Below are positions 57,214-64,000 of a stretch of 64,000 bases of DNA, in pieces (position 1 is the first letter of the stretch; every line of letters starts with the position of its first letter). Made by a program: the position numbers and the translations under genes. Under the pieces are notes generated by a model. That model worked only from the letters and a program-made list of their open reading frames with translations, ran no database searches and was not told the DNA's origin. This stretch comes from Gammaproteobacteria bacterium. GTDB lineage: Bacteria; Pseudomonadota; Gammaproteobacteria; GCA-002705445; GCA-002716945. The stretch covers positions 5,125-69,124 of the forward strand of contig NZZP01000036.1 in the NCBI GenBank assembly GCA_002698665.1. Reading direction: 5' to 3'.

Positions 57214-58685
57214 TGGCAGAAGAAAACAAATTAATTACAGAAAGAAGAAAGAAACTAGAGGAAATCAAAAAAAAATATAAACCTTATCCAAATAGTTTTA
57301 AAAAAGTTGATAACACTGCCTCACTTATAGATCAATATAGCGATAATGATAAAGAAAGCCTTGAAAAAAAATCTGTTAATGTTTCTATATCAGGTCGACT
57401 ATTAACTATTAGGAATATGGGAAGTTCATCTTTTGCTAACCTCCATGACGAATATGGAGATATTCAAATTTACTTACAAAAAAAACAAATTGGTGATGAC
57501 AGTTATGAGTTATTCAAAAATTTAGATCTTGGTGATGTTGTAGGAATACAAGGTAAACTCTTTAAAACCAAAACAGGTGAGTTGACTATCAATACAAGTT
57601 TTATCCAACTTTTATCTAAATCACTTAGACCATTGCCTGAAAAGTTCCATGGCATTGCTGATATTGAGATTAAATATAGACAGCGATATTTGGATTTAAT
57701 GATAAATCCAGAAACTAAAAACTTATTTAAACTAAGGTCTAATATTATTTCGACTATACGTAACTATTTTATAAATGATGACTATTTGGAAGTAGAGACA
57801 CCTATGATGCATATGATACCAGGTGGAGCGACTGCAAAGCCATTTGTAACACATCATAATTCTTTAGATCTTGATTTATACTTACGGATAGCACCAGAGT
57901 TATTTCTAAAACGATGCATTATAGGTGGTTATGAAAAAGTATTTGAAATTAATAGAAGTTTTAGAAATGAAGGTTTGTCTGTAAAGCATAATCCAGAATT
58001 CACGATGATTGAATTTTATTGTGCTTATGAAGATTATAATTACTTAATGAAATTTATTGAAAGACTATTTGATAGATTACTACATCAACATGAGATTGAT
58101 AAAGTCATTAATTATCAAAATTATCAGGTGAATCTAAAAACTCCATTTACTAAAATAAAATTTTACGATGCGATTCAGAAATATGTTACTGGGATTAATT
58201 CAACAAAAATTAACGATATTGACTATCTTGAAAAATTTTGCTCGTCACATGAAATAACTTTAAGAGATAAATCTTCTTTGATTGATATACATCTCGATAT
58301 ATTTGAAAAGATTGTAGAGAAAAAGCTAATAGATGCAACATTTGTTACACATTATCCTACAAAGATTTCACCTTTATCTAGAAGTTTTGATGATAACCCT
58401 GACTTAGTTGAAAGATTTGAATTATTCATTGCTGGTAGAGAAATTGCAAATGGATTTTCTGAACTTAATGATCCACAAGAACAATCAAATAGATTCAAGT
58501 TGCAAGTAGAATCGAGTACTGATGATAAAATGAGTTATGACGAAGACTTTATAACAGCTCTTGAGTATGGAATGCCTCCTACAGCGGGTGCTGGGATAGG
58601 TATCGACAGACTTATTATGTTGTTAACTGATTCCCAATCAATAAGAGATGTTCTATTATTCCCTCATATGAAACCTAAAAAATAA
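57213..58685 (+). CDS. lysS: Lysyl-tRNA synthetase (class II)
   Basis: OB-fold N-domain and class II motifs (FRNEGLS, GIGIDRLIMLLT). prfB-lysS coupling as in E. coli. Confidence 0.9.
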   Translation: MAEENKLITERRKKLEEIKKKYKPYPNSFKKVDNTASLIDQYSDNDKESLEKKSVNVSISGRLLTIRNMGSSSFANLHDEYGDIQIYLQKKQIGDDSYELFKNLDLGDVVGIQGKLFKTKTGELTINTSFIQLLSKSLRPLPEKFHGIADIEIKYRQRYLDLMINPETKNLFKLRSNIISTIRNYFINDDYLEVETPMMHMIPGGATAKPFVTHHNSLDLDLYLRIAPELFLKRCIIGGYEKVFEINRSFRNEGLSVKHNPEFTMIEFYCAYEDYNYLMKFIERLFDRLLHQHEIDKVINYQNYQVNLKTPFTKIKFYDAIQKYVTGINSTKINDIDYLEKFCSSHEITLRDKSSLIDIHLDIFEKIVEKKLIDATFVTHYPTKISPLSRSFDDNPDLVERFELFIAGREIANGFSELNDPQEQSNRFKLQVESSTDDKMSYDEDFITALEYGMPPTAGAGIGIDRLIMLLTDSQSIRDVLLFPHMKPKK

Positions 58686-58905
58686 TACTCTTAAGTTTTT
58701 TAATAGCATCATCAAGATTTGAGAAAGTATATGGATCAACATTATTGTATTCATAAATATTAATATATTTATTTATAACAATATAGATTTCAGATTCATC
58801 TAAATAGACTCTTATTTCGTTACATATTGATTGATACTCATAACCAGACTCTTGTATACATAATTCTAACTCAGATAGTATATGATACTTATCTTTTAGC
58901 ATCAC
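58675..58905 (-). CDS. Small hypothetical protein (76 aa), uncertain
   Basis: ORF in the lysS/purB convergent junction. It overlaps both neighbours by 11-17 nt. It has acidic, non-repetitive composition. Not recognised. Confidence 0.3.
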   Translation of the reverse strand: MMLKDKYHILSELELCIQESGYEYQSICNEIRVYLDESEIYIVINKYINIYEYNNVDPYTFSNLDDAIKKLKSIIF

Positions 58906-60256
58906 AGAGATCTATTGCATACCCAATATAGTTTCTTGGTGAGAGTAAGAGTAATTTATCTTTTTCTGATTCAGGAATTTTTAATGATAGAATTAATTCA
59001 TGCATCATTTTTTTTGTTACAGATTGACCCCTAGTTTTATTTTTTAATAACTCATAAGAATTAGAAATATTATATTTCCTAGCTATCATTTGAATAGGTT
59101 CAGCTAAAAGTTCCCAACTATTATCAATATCATCATTAATTTTATTTTTATTAATTTTAAGCTTATTTAATCCTAATATAAGATTTTCATAGGCTAAGAA
59201 AGAGTAACTAAAACCAACACCTAAATTTCTCATAACTGTAGAATCTGAAAGATCTCTTTGAAGTCTAGAGATAGTCAATTTCTCAGATAAAAATCTTAAC
59301 ATACTATTTGCTAGTCCTAAATTGCCTTCTGCGTTTTCGAAGTTTATTGGATTGATCTTATGCGGCATTGTTGATGAACCAATTTCTCCTGAAATATTTT
59401 TTTGTATGAAATAGTTTTTAGATATATATGTCCACATATCTTGTGAAAATCCAATCAATACAGAATTTAGATGCGATAACATGTTATTTATTTCACATAT
59501 GTAGTCATGAGGCTCAATTTGGGTAGTATAATTATTTTGAGAGATACCTAAATTATTTATAAACTTCTTATTTATTATAGGCCAGTTTAGATTTGGAAAG
59601 GTTGTTTTATGAGCTGAATAATTACCAGTTGCACCATTGAACTTTCCCTCTATATTTATACTTTCTAGTTTACTAGATAGTTTATTCAATCGATGATAGA
59701 AATTTAGAAATTCTTTTCCCATTGTTGTTGGAGTAGCTGGCTGACCATGAGTATGTGACAGCATTACATCTTTAGAATATTTTCTAATATTCTTATTCAT
59801 TATTTTCTTCAAATCATTAATTTTATTCAAAATAATATCTCTTCCTTGTGTCATTATTAGAGCATAAGCAAGATTATTAATATCTTCTGAAGTGCAACAA
59901 ATATGAATGTATTCTTTATATTTTTTTAAACTAGTAGATTTATCAAATTTAGATTTGAGAAAATATTCAACTGCTTTAACGTCATGTTTTGTTGTTTTTT
60001 CATAATTTTTAATAATCTTTGCATCAGTTATGCTGAATTTATTTATGATGTTATTTAGGAATTTTTTATCTTTACTAGTTAGTTTTGGTATTCTAGATAT
60101 TTTATTTAGTTCTGACAAATATATAAACCATCTAACTTCAATTTGGACACGATATTTGATTAAGCTATACTCAGAAAAGATAGTTCCTATATCTTTACAA
60201 ATTGCTGAATATCTTCCATCTAATGGAGAGATTGAGAGTAAATCATCTTTTTTCAT
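58889..60256 (-). CDS. purB: Adenylosuccinate lyase
   Basis: Fumarate-lyase superfamily signature (GSSTMPHKINP) with a PurB-type N-terminus (SPLDGRYS). Confidence 0.9.
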   Translation of the reverse strand: MKKDDLLSISPLDGRYSAICKDIGTIFSEYSLIKYRVQIEVRWFIYLSELNKISRIPKLTSKDKKFLNNIINKFSITDAKIIKNYEKTTKHDVKAVEYFLKSKFDKSTSLKKYKEYIHICCTSEDINNLAYALIMTQGRDIILNKINDLKKIMNKNIRKYSKDVMLSHTHGQPATPTTMGKEFLNFYHRLNKLSSKLESINIEGKFNGATGNYSAHKTTFPNLNWPIINKKFINNLGISQNNYTTQIEPHDYICEINNMLSHLNSVLIGFSQDMWTYISKNYFIQKNISGEIGSSTMPHKINPINFENAEGNLGLANSMLRFLSEKLTISRLQRDLSDSTVMRNLGVGFSYSFLAYENLILGLNKLKINKNKINDDIDNSWELLAEPIQMIARKYNISNSYELLKNKTRGQSVTKKMMHELILSLKIPESEKDKLLLLSPRNYIGYAIDLCDAKR

Positions 60257-60315
60257 ACCAACATTTATCTCAAAGATGTTATTATAGCATATAATAATTT
60301 AATATTAAAAATCAT

Positions 60316-61695
60316 ATGAAAAAAACTACATACAGAATAGAACAAGATTCCCTGGGTAAAGTCAAAGTACCTAAAAATGCTTTATATGGCGCTCAAACAC
60401 AACGAGCTATTGATAACTTTAAAATTAGTGCAGATGTTTTCCCGCCAGAATTCATTGAATGTTTATCTGCCCTAAAAGCTGCTTGTGCGATAAGTAATAA
60501 TAAACTTAAGTTATTATCTACTCGAAAAGCTAAGGCTATATACTCAAGCGCAATGAATATTAATATGAATATAGGGAAATATTTTGATCAGTTTCCAATT
60601 GATATATATCAAACAGGTTCTGGTACAAGCACGAATATGAATATGAATGAAGTATTATCAAATATAGTTTCTAAGAAACTCAAAGTAAGTATACATCCAA
60701 ATGATGATATTAATAAATCACAAAGCTCAAATGATGTTATTCCAAGTACGATAAATATCAGTAGCGTTTTACTAGCATTTGAATTAAATGATGCCCTCGA
60801 TTATTTAACTATGAGATTGATAGAGAAAGAGTTTGAATTAAAAGATATTATAAAATCTGGCAGAACTCATCTGATGGATGCTGTTCCTTTATCATTTGGC
60901 TATGAGATAGAGTCATGGCGAGAACAAGTGGCTCACTGCAATGACCCATTATTACGAAGTGCAGAAGAGCTCCAATATTTACCAATAGGTGGTACCGCTA
61001 TAGGAACTGGTTTAAATGCACCAAAGTCATTTGGAAAAACTGTATGTTTAGAACTTAATAAGATTTATTCAAAAACTGGAGTAAAGTTTTCTTCAAATCC
61101 TAATAAATCTGAAATGATAAGTTCTCAAAATCACATATTAACAATGAGTGGAGCATTACAACGAGCTTCAAGCTGTTTAACAAAAATCTCCAACGATTTA
61201 CGATGGATGAACAGCGGTCCAGTTTCCGGACTTTCCGAGATTACTCTGAAACCATTGCAGCCTGGCAGCAGTATAATGCCTGGTAAAATTAATCCTGTTA
61301 TTCCAGAAGCTGTTTTAATGGCAATGACTCAAGTTACTGGTAATCATAATGCAATTAACCTTGCATGCATTTCTGGAAATTTTCAGTTAAATACTATGCT
61401 TCCACTCCTGGCATTTAATATAATTAACTCTTTTAACTTGTTAATTAACTCTACATACTCCATTGCAGAAACTATAGACACATTTAATGTTAATATTGAG
61501 AAAATCGATGCTAATCTTGAGAGAAATCCAATAATAGCTACTAAACTTAACGAAGTGATTGGATACGATTTAGCTTCTAAAATTGTAAAAAAAGCATATG
61601 CAACTAATAGATCCATTATTGATATAACTGAAGAGATGACAGATTTATCTAAGAAACAAATCTTAAAGTTACTAAACCCAAAAAAGTTAATCTAG
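60316..61695 (+). CDS. fumC: Class II fumarate hydratase
   Basis: High identity to E. coli FumC (QTGSGTSTNMNMNEV, GSSIMPGKINPV). Confidence 0.9.
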   Translation: MKKTTYRIEQDSLGKVKVPKNALYGAQTQRAIDNFKISADVFPPEFIECLSALKAACAISNNKLKLLSTRKAKAIYSSAMNINMNIGKYFDQFPIDIYQTGSGTSTNMNMNEVLSNIVSKKLKVSIHPNDDINKSQSSNDVIPSTINISSVLLAFELNDALDYLTMRLIEKEFELKDIIKSGRTHLMDAVPLSFGYEIESWREQVAHCNDPLLRSAEELQYLPIGGTAIGTGLNAPKSFGKTVCLELNKIYSKTGVKFSSNPNKSEMISSQNHILTMSGALQRASSCLTKISNDLRWMNSGPVSGLSEITLKPLQPGSSIMPGKINPVIPEAVLMAMTQVTGNHNAINLACISGNFQLNTMLPLLAFNIINSFNLLINSTYSIAETIDTFNVNIEKIDANLERNPIIATKLNEVIGYDLASKIVKKAYATNRSIIDITEEMTDLSKKQILKLLNPKKLI

Positions 61696-61699
61696 CTAA

Positions 61700-62419
61700 A
61701 TGATTGGTAGAAATATAAGTAATCTAATATTTATCAAATGGTTCATAGGTGTAATATTTTTTTTAATATTCATTTTTATATTAAATCATCTTGGTTTCCT
61801 GTATCCATTAATTAATAATGATGCGAGTTATATCACATCATTAATATTGTTGATTTTTATTTATTTTTCTATAAATGTTGGCATAGAACTATATCATTTA
61901 CGTGAGAGATATTTGAATATAAGTAATTTATTATCAGTCTCTAAAAATAAATCTAAAAAAGAAATAAATCTAATTTTACAGCAATTCTTAAATTCTAATC
62001 ATAGTGATGATCAATCTATATATACATATATTACTGCTAAAGAGAATAATGAGTCTTCAAAAGAAAATTTCGAATATTCACTTACATCAAAATTAAACAT
62101 TGGATGGTTAGTTGCAGATGGTTTATTAAAACTAGGTCTCATAGGAACAGTAATTGGCTTTATTATCATGTTATCAGCTATAACTGAAATTGATGGTTTT
62201 GATTTTACGATGATGAAAGATATGTTACAAAATATGAGTAAAGGTATGGAAGTTGCCCTATATACGACACTATCTGGACTCGTGAGTTCGGTCTTATTAT
62301 CTATGCAATACTCATATTTAGAGCATTATATATATAAAATATTTTATATGTCCAATTTATGCTTATCGAATTTTTTGCCTGAACCTATAAATATAAAAAA
62401 TGATGATGAAGAAATATAA
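61700..62419 (+). CDS. MotA/TolQ/ExbB-family proton-channel protein (239 aa)
   Basis: C-terminal half carries the family core: LKLGLIGTVIGFIIMLSAI (channel helix) and ALYTTLSGLVSSVLLSMQY (last TM). Two additional N-terminal hydrophobic helices are present. Confidence 0.6.
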   Translation: MIGRNISNLIFIKWFIGVIFFLIFIFILNHLGFLYPLINNDASYITSLILLIFIYFSINVGIELYHLRERYLNISNLLSVSKNKSKKEINLILQQFLNSNHSDDQSIYTYITAKENNESSKENFEYSLTSKLNIGWLVADGLLKLGLIGTVIGFIIMLSAITEIDGFDFTMMKDMLQNMSKGMEVALYTTLSGLVSSVLLSMQYSYLEHYIYKIFYMSNLCLSNFLPEPINIKNDDEEI

Positions 62420-63005
62420 TAAATTTGATCCATTTACTGATTTGCTTTTTAATATATTACTAGCTTTTACTTTTTTATTTTTTATTACAATTTTATTCAT
62501 TAATCCCATTACAAAATTTGGAAATGTTAATATGAAAGCTGAATATATCATTACAGTGGACTGGAATGATAGTTTGCCTGATGATATTGATCTCTGGGTT
62601 AAAGACCCTAATGGAGAGATTGTATCATATCTAAAGAAAGATGCAGGATGGCTACACTTAGATAGAGATGATCAAGGGATTATTAATGATAAAGTTACAA
62701 TCGATGGCAAAGAAACTGTTTATCCTATTAACAGGGAGGTAGTAACTTTAAGAGGAATTATTCCTGGAAACTATGTTGTAAACTTATATATGTATGACAA
62801 TAAAAGCATGAAACCTGTAAATGCTAAAATAACTATTGAAAAAGTAAATCCAACATTAAAACTTGTCTTTTTTGATAATGTTGTCCTTAAGGATAAAGAT
62901 ACTGAATTAACTGTAGTTAAATTCAGATTAGATTCAACTGGAAACTTTAGCCATATTTACACTGATAATGAAATACTAACGCCATATGGTCTAGAGGGTA
63001 TATAG
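62400..63005 (+). CDS. ExbD/TolR/MotB-like single-pass protein with non-canonical periplasmic beta-rich domain
   Basis: N-terminal FDPFTDLLFNILLAFTFLFF matches the ExbD (PFIDVMLVLLIIF) and MotB (YADFMTAMMAFF) helix, with the protonatable Asp conserved. The 160 aa periplasmic part (DDIDLWVKDPNGEIVSY ... GNYVVNLYMYD) is not an ExbD or OmpA domain. Confidence 0.5.
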   Translation: MMMKKYNKFDPFTDLLFNILLAFTFLFFITILFINPITKFGNVNMKAEYIITVDWNDSLPDDIDLWVKDPNGEIVSYLKKDAGWLHLDRDDQGIINDKVTIDGKETVYPINREVVTLRGIIPGNYVVNLYMYDNKSMKPVNAKITIEKVNPTLKLVFFDNVVLKDKDTELTVVKFRLDSTGNFSHIYTDNEILTPYGLEGI

Positions 63006-63445
63006 TGTTGGCTGAAATAATAATTATCATATTGACATTATTAATTATATTTACCTATCTTCTTTACTTATTATTCAAAAAAGAGTCTTTCAAAAAAATG
63101 ATTATTTTATCATCTTCAATATTTATTTTTTTTGTAATTACATTCAATAGTATGATTAATATTCTTGGATATCCTGTGGTTTCTAAATTACCTGAGAGAT
63201 TTGATTTACTATTTGTAAAAGTAATAAATAAAAATATTATTATATTAGTAAAAGACATTAACATAGATAAATATCCTAGATTGCATATACTGGACCATAG
63301 TATTTCTCTAGAAGATGAGTTTAAAAAAGCTTCATATGATTTAAAAGATGGTAAAAAAGTCATTGGTATAATTGATGAAAATATTTCCGATAATCATTAT
63401 GGAATCATATTTAAACCAATTAAAAGAAATATTCCTGCTAAATAA
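63005..63445 (+). CDS. Second single-pass ExbD/TolR-like partner (Glu in place of Asp), uncharacterised C-terminal domain
   Basis: N-terminal MLAEIIIIILTLLIIF has Glu at the position of the conserved TM Asp. A second hydrophobic segment and a 90 aa soluble domain follow. Translationally coupled (ATG overlaps the upstream stop). Confidence 0.4.
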   Translation: MLAEIIIIILTLLIIFTYLLYLLFKKESFKKMIILSSSIFIFFVITFNSMINILGYPVVSKLPERFDLLFVKVINKNIIILVKDINIDKYPRLHILDHSISLEDEFKKASYDLKDGKKVIGIIDENISDNHYGIIFKPIKRNIPAK

Positions 63446-63503
63446 TATGAAAACTTCAACTTTTTTATGATAGAATATCCACAATTTTTTGAGAGATTAA
63501 AGC

Positions 63504-64000
63504 ATGGATTTTAAAAATCATCTAGTTGAATCAAGTGTAAAATATAATATTTTTGATATAAGTAAATCCAAAATATCTCATTTACCTTACTCCCTAAGGG
63601 TATTATTTGAGAATTATGTTAGAAATAATAAAACTATATCTGAAAAAATAATCAAGAAATTTGAATCTTGGGATGGCAGTATAGAAAATCAGACAGAATT
63701 AACCTTTTTCCCAAGTAGAGTAATCATGCAAGACTTTACTGGTGTTCCTGCTGTTGTTGATTTAGCTTCTATGAGAGATGCCGTTAGAGCATTAAACGGA
63801 GATCCAGCACTTATTAACCCACAATGTCAAACTGATTTAGTTATAGACCATTCTGTTATGGTTGATCACTATGGTGCTGCAGATTCAAAAGATCTCAATA
63901 CCAAACTAGAATATAAGAGAAACATCGAGAGATATAGACTACTTAAATGGGGTCAAAGTGCATTTAAAAATTTAAGAATAGTGCCACCTAATAATGGAAT
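63504..64000 (+). CDS. acnA: Aconitate hydratase A (N-terminal fragment; continues beyond the window)
   Basis: VIMQDFTGVPAVVDLASMRDAV ... DLVIDHSVMVDHYG matches AcnA (VLMQDFTGVPAVVDLAAMREAV ... DLVIDHSVTVD). Confidence 0.85.
   Translation, partial: MDFKNHLVESSVKYNIFDISKSKISHLPYSLRVLFENYVRNNKTISEKIIKKFESWDGSIENQTELTFFPSRVIMQDFTGVPAVVDLASMRDAVRALNGDPALINPQCQTDLVIDHSVMVDHYGAADSKDLNTKLEYKRNIERYRLLKWGQSAFKNLRIVPPNNG

Overview
This 64 kb window reads as a contiguous, gene-dense stretch of chromosome (about 30% GC, almost no non-coding DNA) from what looks like a streamlined gammaproteobacterium. The protein sequences are very close to E. coli and Pseudomonas orthologs, for example IscS, IscA, Hfq, DapD and FumC. 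Gene order follows the Pseudomonas/E. coli backbone: queA-tgt-yajC-secDF; suhB/trmJ-iscR-iscS-iscA-hscBA-fdx-iscX-ndk; hisS-yfgM-bamB-der; smc-ligA; dapD-mltF-rne/rluC-sppA; nnrD-tsaE-miaA-hfq-hflKC-DUF2065-hisZ-purA-rlmB-rpsF-rpsR-rplI-dnaB; galU-tRNA-Asn; aspC-like/uvrB-tRNA-Val-thrS-infC-rpmI-rplT-pheST-ihfA-merR; prfB-lysS; purB/fumC ... acnA. The organism guess (a SAR86-like marine lineage) is inference from composition and synteny only. I found three tRNAs (Leu-CAA, Asn-GUU, Val-GAC) and no rRNA, CRISPR array, IS element or integrase. The stretches this backbone does not explain are: (1) a three-gene cluster between fumC and acnA encoding a MotA/TolQ/ExbB-type proton channel plus two single-pass ExbD/TolR/MotB-like partners with non-canonical periplasmic domains and no TonB, TolA or Pal partner in view; (2) a small glycan-modification island next to tRNA-Asn (TylF-like O-methyltransferase, GT4 glycosyltransferase, paralogous TylF-like O-methyltransferase); (3) an isc operon in which iscU is absent from its invariant slot although hscB and hscA are retained; (4) a 944 aa SMC with no recognisable hinge; (5) a cysteine-less RecB/Cas4-like PD-(D/E)XK nuclease between a MerR regulator and prfB. 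I also see a prfB +1 programmed frameshift with a variant GUU UGA C slip site, a likely non-AUG start for infC, and apparent gene loss (amiB, mutL, hflX, the NnrE domain, rnr, priB, zipA) from otherwise conserved neighbourhoods. All calls are made by eye from the translations; none is database-verified.
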